Shown: positions 25,329 through 35,388 of the stretch, piece by piece
How positions within the stretch are numbered: position 1 is the stretch's first letter
Layout: every line of letters begins with the position of its first letter
Origin: a virus
Taxonomy: Duplodnaviria > Caudoviricetes
Length of the DNA stretch: 42,761 nucleotides
Strand: one strand, 5' to 3'
Virus record (IMG/VR): IMGVR_UViG_3300032095_000018
Location: 1-42,761 of that record
The notes under the pieces: model-generated
Databases searched by the model: none
Seen by the model: the letters and a program-made list of their open reading frames with translations, nothing else
Told to the model about the DNA's origin: nothing
Made by a program: the position numbers and the translations under genes

Positions 25329-25628
25329 CTAAGGTTTTTTTACGAATGCTTCAAACAATAAATAAAGTAGGCCTCCAGAACCCGCTAAAAGACCAGCTAT
25401 TTTCCAATATTGTTCCTGAGCAAAGGATTTACTTTTGAGCACATGATCCAATAACTTTTGAGTCATTTCCTGTTGCTTCCCTGATTCCTTTAACACCGTC
25501 ATTTCTGTGTCTGTGAGTTTGTTTTTGATTTCCATGTTTAGTTTTTCTTGCTGCACACGATATTCTTCAAGGCTTTTTATTCTCGATTCATGGTCGTCTA
25601 GTCTTTGTGGCACATCCATCTCCTCCAA
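25329..25628 (-). CDS. XhlA-like/holin-associated protein
   Basis: RLDDHESRIKSLE coiled coil with a C-terminal TM segment. Confidence 0.65.
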   Translation of the reverse strand: MEEMDVPQRLDDHESRIKSLEEYRVQQEKLNMEIKNKLTDTEMTVLKESGKQQEMTQKLLDHVLKSKSFAQEQYWKIAGLLAGSGGLLYLLFEAFVKKP

Positions 25629-25652
25629 TGTATTGCCCCCCTTTTTAACTCT

Positions 25653-25919
25653 CTATATGATCTTTCCTACAATAACCCCTTTAACTACCATCACCCTGTC
25701 ATTTGCAGTTGGGACATAAGATGAAAGGTAAGGCAATGGTTTGCTAAGGGTGCCACTTATAATATCAATATCATAAATAACAGAAGGCCGGCCCGATGTG
25801 TAATTCGGATCGACCTTTGCTAATTTTATTTGTTGTTCATCTTTTTCTTGGTTATCTTTTGGCTGCTTATAATTTTTATCCGGTTGAAACATATTTACAA
25901 ACTCTTCAGGTGTGATCAT
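25653..25919 (-). CDS. Small tail-tip protein (possible OB-fold spike)
   Basis: YLSSYVPTANDRVMVV motif; follows the hub gene. Confidence 0.55.
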   Translation of the reverse strand: MITPEEFVNMFQPDKNYKQPKDNQEKDEQQIKLAKVDPNYTSGRPSVIYDIDIISGTLSKPLPYLSSYVPTANDRVMVVKGVIVGKII

Positions 25920-27025
25920 ATCTGGACCACCTTCCGTACTTCATGTTTCATTTTTGCGCCAACCGATAAAGGCATTGACCACGCAGTTTCGGCATACTTT
26001 CCTGTTATGTTTAACGGAGAATATACAACCTCCAAGACATCTGAAAAGTCATGCATAGGCATTAGCGCAGTCTCAAATGTTATTTTCCCGTATACTTGGC
26101 TGGCTTCAAATGCAATCCTCTGAACATAAGCATCAAGACTGGCCTGGTCTGCAATATCAGAAACCTCTCTAAAGTCTACAATAGTCCTGCCCCTGTTCAC
26201 TGTTGATATTGGGCTATCAGGATTATCATTTGTATAACTTGATACTAAAGGCTCCTGTTCAGCATTTGAACATACAACTACCCATTTATTCGGAACATTA
26301 AAAAGATCGAGTTCCTCCTCCATACCCTGAAAAGTGACTGAAAGCTCATCATCCTTATAGGTATAATCCGCAGCTCTTACAGCTGGGCTCCTGTAATAAG
26401 AAGAGGTGAAAATTCCGTTTTCATCATCATAGATTGGAGTGTAATTTATCTGCCTTAAAAGCTCATTAATCGCAAATAACTTTTCTCTTCCAGGCTCAAA
26501 TTCAATATCACGCTGCAGGACAGCGTTTGTATTTTCGATATTGTATTTAGTGATTCCGGCGCTTTGTAAAATTTTGATTATTTCTTCATAGTATCTTGAA
26601 CCGGCAGGGACAATAAGCCGTTGTTCTAATTTATCATCCCTTAAAATGATTAAACCGCCGTAAGCCTCTACATCTCGAAATACACCATTTGTTTGGTCCT
26701 TTCTAGTTGGGGAGGACAGGAGAAAGATTCCAAGAGGAAAGGAAATGAAATCGTTCTTCATTTTTACTTCCACAAAGGGCTGAATCCGGTCATTTAAAAA
26801 ATCTATGCTCCCATCATCTTTTAAAGAAAAACGGGCTGTTCTTTTAATCTCAGCCAGGGAATTCATCGCAACTTCCCCGGCCAGAACGTTATTTAAGGTT
26901 CGAATATATTGATTATCTTTATTTAAGAGGTCAAAGCGAAACCTTAACTTTCTTGGTCCTCTCTTACTGTGGAGGACATCCTTTACCTCTTTTTCAGAAT
27001 AATCATTCCTGGCTAATGACTGCAT
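25916..27025 (-). CDS. Baseplate hub / Tal-like tail protein
   Basis: 369 aa with IKRTARFSL, PLGIF, VPNKWVVV and SPISTVNRGR motifs; position in the tail-tip module. Confidence 0.7.
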   Translation of the reverse strand: MQSLARNDYSEKEVKDVLHSKRGPRKLRFRFDLLNKDNQYIRTLNNVLAGEVAMNSLAEIKRTARFSLKDDGSIDFLNDRIQPFVEVKMKNDFISFPLGIFLLSSPTRKDQTNGVFRDVEAYGGLIILRDDKLEQRLIVPAGSRYYEEIIKILQSAGITKYNIENTNAVLQRDIEFEPGREKLFAINELLRQINYTPIYDDENGIFTSSYYRSPAVRAADYTYKDDELSVTFQGMEEELDLFNVPNKWVVVCSNAEQEPLVSSYTNDNPDSPISTVNRGRTIVDFREVSDIADQASLDAYVQRIAFEASQVYGKITFETALMPMHDFSDVLEVVYSPLNITGKYAETAWSMPLSVGAKMKHEVRKVVQI

Positions 27026-27039
27026 AAAAAAATCACCTC

Positions 27040-27264
27040 TTAATAGGGTGAGACGCTTGCTTTGTATGCTTCATACTCTTGTTCGTAAATCCTTATTGTG
27101 GTTGATCCTTCAATAAATTTGGTTTTTCCTGTATCAAAAACATATCTATACAGAGGATCAGATGGAATATATCCATACTTGCTCATTCTTACATAATACT
27201 GTTGGGTTGAGAGGTACCAGCCTTGCTGATCATAAGGATAGTTTACTGAAATTGTATCTGCCAT
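27040..27264 (-). CDS. Small tail-associated protein
   Basis: Coupled to the upstream gene in the tail module. Confidence 0.55.
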   Translation of the reverse strand: MADTISVNYPYDQQGWYLSTQQYYVRMSKYGYIPSDPLYRYVFDTGKTKFIEGSTTIRIYEQEYEAYKASVSPY

Positions 27265-27563
27265 TATACAGCCCCTCCATTCACTTTTTTCTCAAGTTCC
27301 GTAACCCGAAAATCAATATCCCCGACTTGCTGCAAGGTGAAATCGTCAACTTCTTTCATTGCATCTGTGTCCACCTTGGTATTAAAAGCTTCGTTTAATG
27401 TAAAGTCATCAATATCCTGCATAGCTTTAGTTGTAGTTTTCAGGGATTGAATAGCCTGTGTTTCAGGTGTATTGGTAACACGCTGCTTAATTTCAATTAA
27501 CGCCTTAGTAAATTCTTCGTTGTTCTTCATTCCTTGTGCAATCAATGTGTCTAATAAACTCAT
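27264..27563 (-). CDS. Small coiled-coil tail-associated protein
   Basis: Internal repeat AMQDIDDFTL / AMKEVDDFTL. Confidence 0.6.
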   Translation of the reverse strand: MSLLDTLIAQGMKNNEEFTKALIEIKQRVTNTPETQAIQSLKTTTKAMQDIDDFTLNEAFNTKVDTDAMKEVDDFTLQQVGDIDFRVTELEKKVNGGAV

Positions 27564-30500
27564 TCTATTCCCTCCTTAAAATCAATTTTCATAAGAGATA
27601 GGTTTGTAGAATACCCTCTCCACACTTCATCATTTAATGGCACTTCCACAAAAACACCAAAGGCTTTTCTCCCTCGCCCATCACGATAGCACACCGTCTC
27701 CTGGCTGTAGACTATTTTTTCTAAGGCAAGGCGTTCAGCATCATCAAGTAGTTTTAATGTGAAATCAACTGTGAATTCTTCCATTTCACCAGTTTCAATT
27801 ACTGGTCGTTTTCTTCCCTGAAAGTGATGGACAGCACTTTCTAATCCCCATTTAGAAGATCTACCGCCACCATCAAACATAAATTGATGAACAGTATTCT
27901 CTGGGTCCTCCACAATATGCATCCATACACCAATAAAAGAAATAGATTCTGAGAACGTGTTTGTGTCAGAGAAGGTCTCATTATTCCCTTGTGTCCGAAC
28001 AAAATAACTGGTTACCTCACCGTTTGCAACCTGATAATCTTTGAATTCATTTTGAACGTTTGTGGCAAACAGGACGAAATCATTATTAATTTCTTTATAA
28101 ATTTCATGGTAAAGAACTGCCGGCTGGGTACCTGTTGGTACAGGATCACTAATATTTATCTGAATAAAAGAATTACCTTTAACCGTTTCAATTTCCGGAA
28201 TGGCAGGAGGTGTATAGCTAACGGAAATATTTAAAACAGCTGCATCACTATAAAGCCCATCTGCATTTTTTATTTTCAACTCAATAGTGTAATTTTGTTG
28301 ATTCCCCAAGCTGTAAGTTATGGTTTCTGCTTTATTGGTACTAGTTCTTTCCTTTGAGAAAACAGTTGTACCAGTTGAATCTTTTACAACTAATAAGAAC
28401 CCCGTTTGATCAGTTGAGCTCCACTGTACGGTAGGGTTTGCAACAGCTACTAAAGCCCCTGGTGAAACAATAGTAGGCACTGCAGGCTTATCCCCAGCAA
28501 AGAAAGTTGCAATTGCTGAGTATGGAGAACTTAAATCTGCCTGATCATATGTCCTCACTCTCCATTCAATTGTGCCTCGAGGGAAGAGATTTGCAGGAGC
28601 ATCATAAAATTGGTTCACTGTTGTCTGTGTAACATCATTCCATGTTGTAGAACCTTGAATTCGCCATTGCAAATCAAACTTAGCCTGCGGATCCGCATTG
28701 GCATCATTATGCTGCCAGGACAAACGATTAACTGCCGCCCTATCTCTTGTCCCACTTGTAGGGCTTAAATTTGTTGGTGCTGTTGGTGCCTGATTGTGCT
28801 GTATAGTGAAAACACCATCAGATTCATCCCATGGCCCATAAGCTGAACCATCAAATGCACGAACACGAATTTTTGCTAGGCTTGTTTCAGGCTCGTTTAT
28901 AAAATCATACGGATATGAAGTTGCTCCTGCGTTAGTTAAGGAAACTATATCTTTCCAACTTCCCCCGTTATTAGTGGTAAGTTGGATTTGGTATTGCAAT
29001 TGACTTTGTAATGAAGAATTGTAATATTTAACCTGAAAAACAACATCTCTGTTAGAATCTAAAGTTGTTCCAAAGAAAGCACTTCCTCCAGAATAAACAT
29101 CTGAAGTAGCCACTCGCATAGAAGTATTTCCTGTGTTCGGTTCTAATACAATCGCCAACTTTGTACCAACTGGAAATAAAAGAGGATTAGGTAAGATTAA
29201 CTCTCTATTGCTCATAGTCGCATCTACCAAAACAGTTCCAGTAGCATATACTGTTGAATTAGGCAATCCATCTGCCCCAACGCCAGTGAGTTTCATTGTC
29301 CTACTCTCTGAAATACTTGAATATGCAGTCAAAGCAATTGATTTAATGTATTTTTCCCTATCCACAGTGAACGTTTGCCCAGCTCTGCTGTTAGTGTAAT
29401 TAATATCAGCTGATCCTGTAACTGGACTAAATATGCTTAAATCCTCTGGATCGCTAGCAGCATTCCAAGTGACTGCTTCTAAACTATTCCAAGTTTCGCC
29501 CCCGTTTGGTGCTGTTACGGTTGGTGCTATTGGTGGTTGGTTGTAGGTTATTACTAATTTAGGTTTATTAGCACTAGAAGTTTCCCTTGAATAATATTTA
29601 AAATTAAGGACCACATCAACCTCATATGATTTTAATAAAAGTCCATGATTAGCTTTTGTTCCATCTAACCATTTTTCAACCATTGGTTTTACATCGAAAG
29701 GAACATAAGAGTTCATTTGTTGAGTAAAAATGCTAGTTGTCGTAGAAATTGTGGTATCAAATGAAGGCTGATTATTCCATGTAACAGAAGTTTCCGACCA
29801 ATCTTCATTTATTGGGTGAATTACACAGCCAGTGCTTCCGTCTCCATTTCCAGAAAAATGATATAAATTAAGATTTGCTCCAGAAACAGTTGATCCTAAA
29901 GGTATAGATGAAAGATCAAACTTTATCAGAGTCCTAATGTAACTTACTCCTCCGTTCATTCCTATCAACAAATCGTTTGTATAATTAAAATTTTTGTCTG
30001 GGTCCCCTCTGAAAATATAAGTGTCTTTTAAGTCTTTTGTATAATCTAGAGTTACTGTCGGGTCAATCTCGATAGGATAAACAAGCCCGCTTACATCTGC
30101 AGCGAGATTAAGGAGTATTTTCCCATCTAATTCAGATACACCCTGCACAACGTCCCTTTTTGTTCCCTCCGCATCCTGGAGCCAAGGAGGTTGAATCTTC
30201 ATTTCACCCTCTAAATTCCCCTGTACTTCAAATGTAAAATTAAACGGTGCTCTTTCAGATTTCAAAATAATTGTTTCCTTGATTCCATCTGGCAGAACTT
30301 CAAGAATTAAATCCGTATCATTCCAAGCATCTTGGTATGTGATTTTGTTGCCTTCCACATACCCTTTAGAAGGTGAGGCCCCTTCAGGAATAAACGTAAG
30401 TTTACTTGCCCCTTTTCCAATGTTATAACCGCGTTTTATATTCCTTGGCAACTTAGCTTCAAACGGAACTTTTAACCCCTGAAAGTCAAAGTTATCACGA

Positions 30501-30775
30501 TTCAACCGATTCTTTTTCTTCTCATTCTCAGCCTTTTCCTTTGCCTCGAAAAACAAAGAATCCCCATCTCTAGCGACAGGGAAATCAATTGAATCAAAAT
30601 CTGCTTCGTCATAAAGATCAGTATTGATATTCTGGAAATTGCCGTTTTCATCCTGATAGTGAACAATTCCTGAATGAATCTCTGTAGTAAAAGACCCATC
30701 AAAGTTCATCCAGGTCTTACTATTTGGAGTTCGCTTGTTCAGCATTTCCCCGACTTTAAAGTTATTGGTAGGCAT
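27560..30775 (-). CDS. Giant multidomain distal-tail-like protein (WapA/RHS-like N-terminus, DNRLRE domain, Fn3/Ig repeats, Dit-like C-terminus)
   Basis: Immediately after the tape measure. Motifs RTPNSKTW...DGSFTTEI; DTYI...RTLIKFDLSSIP...WSETSVTWNNQP; repeated NQPP/NQAP-TAP and WRVRTYD Fn3-like units; C-terminal VCYRDGRGR. Confidence 0.65.
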   Translation of the reverse strand: MPTNNFKVGEMLNKRTPNSKTWMNFDGSFTTEIHSGIVHYQDENGNFQNINTDLYDEADFDSIDFPVARDGDSLFFEAKEKAENEKKKNRLNRDNFDFQGLKVPFEAKLPRNIKRGYNIGKGASKLTFIPEGASPSKGYVEGNKITYQDAWNDTDLILEVLPDGIKETIILKSERAPFNFTFEVQGNLEGEMKIQPPWLQDAEGTKRDVVQGVSELDGKILLNLAADVSGLVYPIEIDPTVTLDYTKDLKDTYIFRGDPDKNFNYTNDLLIGMNGGVSYIRTLIKFDLSSIPLGSTVSGANLNLYHFSGNGDGSTGCVIHPINEDWSETSVTWNNQPSFDTTISTTTSIFTQQMNSYVPFDVKPMVEKWLDGTKANHGLLLKSYEVDVVLNFKYYSRETSSANKPKLVITYNQPPIAPTVTAPNGGETWNSLEAVTWNAASDPEDLSIFSPVTGSADINYTNSRAGQTFTVDREKYIKSIALTAYSSISESRTMKLTGVGADGLPNSTVYATGTVLVDATMSNRELILPNPLLFPVGTKLAIVLEPNTGNTSMRVATSDVYSGGSAFFGTTLDSNRDVVFQVKYYNSSLQSQLQYQIQLTTNNGGSWKDIVSLTNAGATSYPYDFINEPETSLAKIRVRAFDGSAYGPWDESDGVFTIQHNQAPTAPTNLSPTSGTRDRAAVNRLSWQHNDANADPQAKFDLQWRIQGSTTWNDVTQTTVNQFYDAPANLFPRGTIEWRVRTYDQADLSSPYSAIATFFAGDKPAVPTIVSPGALVAVANPTVQWSSTDQTGFLLVVKDSTGTTVFSKERTSTNKAETITYSLGNQQNYTIELKIKNADGLYSDAAVLNISVSYTPPAIPEIETVKGNSFIQINISDPVPTGTQPAVLYHEIYKEINNDFVLFATNVQNEFKDYQVANGEVTSYFVRTQGNNETFSDTNTFSESISFIGVWMHIVEDPENTVHQFMFDGGGRSSKWGLESAVHHFQGRKRPVIETGEMEEFTVDFTLKLLDDAERLALEKIVYSQETVCYRDGRGRKAFGVFVEVPLNDEVWRGYSTNLSLMKIDFKEGIE

Positions 30776-30779
30776 TGTA

Positions 30780-33700
30780 TCACCTCGCCCTCGCTGCTTG
30801 TGGTAATCGGTTGAAGAAATCTAAAACATTGGTTAATTCTTCAAGGTCCTTTACGGAGATGGAAACATGCAAATCTCCATAGGAATTGGTAATGTTAGAT
30901 TTTTCAACTGTAGTATTTGAAGCAGACCCATTTGTACTCATCATTCTGGATGCACTGCTTGCTAAGCTTCCATAAACATTATTGACAGCTCTGTTTAGTT
31001 TAGCTGAAGTGGCCTGAATACCTTGGATTAACCCTTCATTTAAATTCTCGCCATAACCTCTGAATACTCTTGAAGGAGAGTGAATATCAAATAACCCTGT
31101 GAATTTATCCTTGATATTATTTGCGATTTCACCTATTTTTTCATAAACCGCAGAGGCTTTGCTTGTTACACCATCAATCAAGCCTTGAATGATGTTCTTA
31201 CCTATATCCAGAAGATCTATATCCTCAAGAAATGATTTAGCCTGTCCCCAAATCTCTTCGATTTTACTTTTAACTGCAAGAAGTTTTTCCTGGACTCCTG
31301 TTTTAAGTCCCTCGAACTTTTCTTTTACGGTATTCTTAATACCTTCAGCTTTTGTGGAAAGCCAGGTGCTGATCTCATTCCAAATTTCAATTACCTTCGT
31401 CTTTACAGCAAATAGCTTTTCTTGTATTGCACCTCTTAGCGCTTCGAATTTTTCAGTAACCGTAGTTTTGATATTCTCCGCAGTTGTGGAAAGCCAGGCC
31501 TTTATTTCGCCCCAAATGTTTGAGATTGTAGTTTTCACAGTGTTGAAGATAGTTGAAGTGTTGGTCTTGATGTTATTCCACTTTTCACTGATGAAACTGG
31601 TGACAGTGTTTACGACTGTGGTAACCGTATTTTTGATTCCATCCCATGTTTCTTTGAAAAAAGACTTAATGCTATTCCAAACCTCAGAGGTTTTAGATTT
31701 AATTGAGTCCCAGTTACTTGCAATAAGATACACTAGGATCCCTATTGGTCCACCGAAGGCTGCAAGAATCTCGTCCCACCAAGTTATGAAAAATTCTTTA
31801 ATGCCATTCCACACATTTGCAGCAGTTTCTTTTATGGATTCCCAGGTTGTAGAAAGGTATATCTTTAATGCTTCCCATGTGACTGAAAATCCTTGTTTAA
31901 TGGTCTCCCATGTTTGTGAAAACCATTCGGTTATGGCACCCCATACTTCAACAGCTTTAGCACTGATTTCATCCCAGTTTTTATAGAGGAGGACACCTAA
32001 AGCTATAAGTGCTGTTATAACGGCAATGACAATACCAATCGGACCAGAAAGGGCTGCAAAGGCTGCTTGTAATATAGGTAATGCTGCTTGTATTCCTGCT
32101 ATTAGAGGAGCTAAAGACATAAATATTCCCACTAAAATTCCGATTGCAGTTACAATTGCAGTGATAGTAGCAGCTAGTTCTGGATTTTGAGCAATCCACT
32201 CTGCTATTTTAGTAATAACTTTTGTAACCTCAGTCAAGAGAGGAGCCAATGCTAACTTTACATTTGTAAAAGCCTGCTGTAGTTCTACCATTGGATCAGC
32301 ATTCGTTTTGCCCATGGTTTCATACAGACCATTTAAATTGTCTTTAGTTTGGTCTGATGCAGTTGAAACACCTTGAAAAACAGCAATCATGTTTTGCCCC
32401 TGATCTTCCCATTTTGTACCGAAAACCTTTGTTGCAAGCTCATTTTTGAGTTCTTTATTGTCAATGGTTTCAAGCCATGTGGCAACTTCACTCATAGCCT
32501 TAGAACCTTCTTCTCCACCAGCAGCAACCGCTTTTCCCCATTCTTGAAATTTCTTTTCGGACATACCAGCCTGTTCTAACAATGGTTGTAATGCTTTTGG
32601 AATCTCATAGCCAAATGTAGACATTTGGAGACGCGCTTCTTTAACACCATCATTTAAGTTATCAATGTTCCAAGTTTTGGTGTTTACACCAGCTTCAAAT
32701 ATTGCTTGTATTTCAGCAGTGTTAAACCCAATATCCTTCATCTGCTGTCCATATTCAGACAGTGTATCTAACTGTTCTGGAGGAAAGCCTGCTTTTAATA
32801 AAGCATCAGTAAGGGCTAATGCCTCTTCATTACTGATTTTAAGGGCCGCAGCAACTTCATTCGTCTCTTGGATTAATTCAACAAAATCAACACCAGCGAA
32901 ATTTTTTGCTATTGCAGCTGCTCCCTTTGAAATCGATGCATTAACCTCATCACTCGCATCTTTATTAAGAGCCCATTGTCTTCTTACACCTTCCAGAGCT
33001 TCCTCTGCATCAAGTCCATATGCTTCTATTCCCAGAACAGCTTCTTTGATGCTTTGCTTAGACTCCTCTGGCACTTCAAATGTAATATCAATCTTAGTAT
33101 CTAATGAGGACATATCAAGTGCTTGTGACACGGCACCAGCAATACCTCCACCAGCTACCAATGCACCGGCTAAATTCTCAAGTTCCACACCGATGCCTTC
33201 CACAGATTCGGATGTTTCCTGTGCCTCAGTTTGCAATCGTTGGAGATCATTTCGGATATTTTGAATAGAATTGCCATTATCCACTGATTGAAGAGTTGTC
33301 CTAAGTCTTTCAATATCTCCATTAGCACCAATTGCGTCTCTGCCAATCCGCTGAAAAGCATATTCCAAGTCTCTGCTGGTCGCTGTTCCGTCCTGAATTG
33401 CTCTGACTAACCTTTGCCCTATTACGTTTGCATAATTCTGTACAGAGGTACCTGTAGCGTCGAATAAGGTCTGTAAACTACGGGTTCCTTGTTCTACCCT
33501 TTGTTGCTCCGCGTCCATATCTACGAGAGCCTGTTGGTAACCATTTAACTGCTGCTCAGTCTGTTGTAATTCTCGACGAAAACCACGATATTGCTCTTGG
33601 GATATTTCACCTCGTTGAAATTGTGCCTGGACTTGCGCTTCAGCATTTTTTAACTGATTTAATTTATCGGTTGTGGATTGAACAGCTTCTGTCAGCAATT

Positions 33701-33878
33701 GCTGCCTCTGAGCCAGAAGCTCAACATTGTTCGGATCAAATTTAAGAAGCCTTTCAACATCTTTTAATTCCGTTTGGACTTCTTTGGTCCGATTATTCAC
33801 TTCTTTAAGAGCATTCTGAAGTCCAATCGTATCTCCACCTATTTCAACAGTAATTCCTTTGATTCTGCTACTTGCCAT
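30780..33878 (-). CDS. Tape measure protein
   Basis: 1032 aa; RIKGITVEIGGDT start, hydrophobic mid-region, ~11-residue W/F periodic repeats, DIHSPSRVF. Confidence 0.95.
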   Translation of the reverse strand: MASSRIKGITVEIGGDTIGLQNALKEVNNRTKEVQTELKDVERLLKFDPNNVELLAQRQQLLTEAVQSTTDKLNQLKNAEAQVQAQFQRGEISQEQYRGFRRELQQTEQQLNGYQQALVDMDAEQQRVEQGTRSLQTLFDATGTSVQNYANVIGQRLVRAIQDGTATSRDLEYAFQRIGRDAIGANGDIERLRTTLQSVDNGNSIQNIRNDLQRLQTEAQETSESVEGIGVELENLAGALVAGGGIAGAVSQALDMSSLDTKIDITFEVPEESKQSIKEAVLGIEAYGLDAEEALEGVRRQWALNKDASDEVNASISKGAAAIAKNFAGVDFVELIQETNEVAAALKISNEEALALTDALLKAGFPPEQLDTLSEYGQQMKDIGFNTAEIQAIFEAGVNTKTWNIDNLNDGVKEARLQMSTFGYEIPKALQPLLEQAGMSEKKFQEWGKAVAAGGEEGSKAMSEVATWLETIDNKELKNELATKVFGTKWEDQGQNMIAVFQGVSTASDQTKDNLNGLYETMGKTNADPMVELQQAFTNVKLALAPLLTEVTKVITKIAEWIAQNPELAATITAIVTAIGILVGIFMSLAPLIAGIQAALPILQAAFAALSGPIGIVIAVITALIALGVLLYKNWDEISAKAVEVWGAITEWFSQTWETIKQGFSVTWEALKIYLSTTWESIKETAANVWNGIKEFFITWWDEILAAFGGPIGILVYLIASNWDSIKSKTSEVWNSIKSFFKETWDGIKNTVTTVVNTVTSFISEKWNNIKTNTSTIFNTVKTTISNIWGEIKAWLSTTAENIKTTVTEKFEALRGAIQEKLFAVKTKVIEIWNEISTWLSTKAEGIKNTVKEKFEGLKTGVQEKLLAVKSKIEEIWGQAKSFLEDIDLLDIGKNIIQGLIDGVTSKASAVYEKIGEIANNIKDKFTGLFDIHSPSRVFRGYGENLNEGLIQGIQATSAKLNRAVNNVYGSLASSASRMMSTNGSASNTTVEKSNITNSYGDLHVSISVKDLEELTNVLDFFNRLPQAARAR

Positions 33879-33892
33879 GTTCTCACCTCGCT

Positions 33893-34102
33893 TTAGAAAA
33901 GATCAAAGTCTTTCTGGGAAGCCTTACGAGTTTTATCTTTAGAAGGTTTTTGCATTTCGATATACTCCTCTATAAAATCCAGGCACATCCCGATGGACAT
34001 TTCCTCAAGATCATCAAGGGAAAGACCCACCTTTCTACATAAAACAAGGAACGTGTCAGTCGAGATTGTGTCCCCTTGACCCGTTCCTTCAGCATTTTCT
34101 AT
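33893..34102 (-). CDS. Tail assembly chaperone frameshift extension (gpGT-like C-terminal part)
   Basis: The -1 frame is open for 69 codons (IENAEGTGQGDTISTDTFLVLCRKVGLSLDDLEEMSIGMCLDFIEEY...RKASQKDFDLF) and is entered via the A9 run. Confidence 0.8.
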   Translation of the reverse strand: MENAEGTGQGDTISTDTFLVLCRKVGLSLDDLEEMSIGMCLDFIEEYIEMQKPSKDKTRKASQKDFDLF

Positions 34103-34443
34103 TTTTTTTTACTTTGAATAGTTTTATAGAGTAGGTCTTGAATATCTGGGATTAGATCAACTATAGGGAATGTATCAAATCCATCCAACCAAGTTAAGAC
34201 ATCTGGTATTTCTTTGTTAGCCTGTTTAGCAAGCACCCAAATAAAGTTGTAGAAAAACTCAAAATCAATATTTTCAATTGAGTCAATATCAATGGTGCCA
34301 TCTTTCTTTGCCTTCCCACCCTTTACAAGTCTAAAAAGGTCAGAAAAAAAATCCTTTTGGAATTGTGCTTTATACCTAAGTGCAGTGGCTCCGGTGCTTT
34401 TAAGCCTTACTTCTTGGCCGTCAATAACTATTGTTTTTTCCAA
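34099..34443 (-). CDS. Tail assembly chaperone (gpG-like)
   Basis: Between the major tail gene and tape measure; ends AGT AAA AAA AAA TAG. Confidence 0.85.
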   Translation of the reverse strand: MEKTIVIDGQEVRLKSTGATALRYKAQFQKDFFSDLFRLVKGGKAKKDGTIDIDSIENIDFEFFYNFIWVLAKQANKEIPDVLTWLDGFDTFPIVDLIPDIQDLLYKTIQSKKK

Positions 34444-34455
34444 TTAAATCACCTC

Positions 34456-35058
34456 TTAGACTGCAGCAGTCGTTGTAGTTGTTGTAGTAGATGTAGTCTT
34501 TTTATAGACTGTATTAAACCATGAATCATAGATAGCTGCAGGTGTATCAGATCCAGTCTTCGTCTTAACCATTTTCTTACCGTCAATAATTGCTGGGCTT
34601 GCCACAAATGTTAATTCATTTGTATTTGGTTCAGTCGTATTTGTCTTTGTGGATGAAGAGATGGAAGGACGATTTGCCGTACAATTGTACATCACATGGC
34701 GAACTGCCTTAACATCACCTTCGAATTGAAATAACAAAGCAAACTTCTTTTGTTTCGCATCCGCCACTTCAGTAATTACTCCATCGGTAGTATCTTTTTC
34801 CTCACCTAGAGCATCGATGGCAAATTGTTCAGGAATAGTAGCGACATTCAATGTGCCATCATAGCCCTGGTTGCTGTTGGCAACATAATAAAGAACATTG
34901 TCTGCATAAAACTCGGATAGTTCGCCACGCGGTTCCAGTGTAATCTCTACACCGCCTGGAATTGGAATAGGCGTATCATAAGTGATTACTCCAGCAGCTT
35001 CCGTATAAGTTGCATAATGGACATTTTCAAGACCAAAGGTAACTTTGTTTTCTGGCAT
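34456..35058 (-). CDS. Major tail protein (phi13 family) with a C-terminal poly-Thr tail
   Basis: NKVTFGLENVHYA, FYADN, FALLFQFEGD and YNCTANRPS motifs; ends KKTTSTTTTTTTAAV. Confidence 0.92.
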   Translation of the reverse strand: MPENKVTFGLENVHYATYTEAAGVITYDTPIPIPGGVEITLEPRGELSEFYADNVLYYVANSNQGYDGTLNVATIPEQFAIDALGEEKDTTDGVITEVADAKQKKFALLFQFEGDVKAVRHVMYNCTANRPSISSSTKTNTTEPNTNELTFVASPAIIDGKKMVKTKTGSDTPAAIYDSWFNTVYKKTTSTTTTTTTAAV

Positions 35059-35388
35059 TTAAATCAACCTCACTTCATATGTTTTCTGAAATACTTTTTC
35101 GGAATCAATAAAAGTCTCAAATGGCTCATAAGGGATCTTATGGTCATCCAAGACTTTTTCTAATGCCGCTTCTGCTGCCAAATCTTTTTTAGTTGTGTAA
35201 AGTTCAATATTTACATCACTGATTTTGGTATAGACCTTATTATCGGCTATGAAATTCGGATTGCTGTCCACAAGATAACAAATATATGGAGGTGCCGGCA
35301 CAGGATTATTTTCGGTTGCTGTCCAATGTGAGTAAGCGACCGGTAGACCTGTCAAATCAAGAATTTGTCTTAATTCTATAAGTGTCAT
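35059..35388 (-). CDS. Tail terminator/completion protein
   Basis: LPVAYSHW...PPYICY...ADNKVY...IELYT; synteny. Confidence 0.75.
   Translation of the reverse strand: MTLIELRQILDLTGLPVAYSHWTATENNPVPAPPYICYLVDSNPNFIADNKVYTKISDVNIELYTTKKDLAAEAALEKVLDDHKIPYEPFETFIDSEKVFQKTYEVRLI

Noticed and set aside
27560-30775. Diversity-generating retroelement target or RHS toxin
   Set aside because: No reverse transcriptase, no template/variable repeat pair, and no YD-repeat core or toxin-immunity pair seen.
31200-32000. Periodic repeats in the tape measure as a novel repeat system
   Set aside because: Ordinary ~11-residue Trp/Phe periodicity of tape measure proteins.
31189-33264. Long + strand ORFs (265 aa and 199 aa)
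   Set aside because: Antisense to the tape measure; they arise from codon bias of the real gene.
34099-34110. A9 homopolymer as a sequencing error breaking a gene (pseudogene)
   Set aside because: Its position matches the conserved programmed frameshift of tail chaperones.
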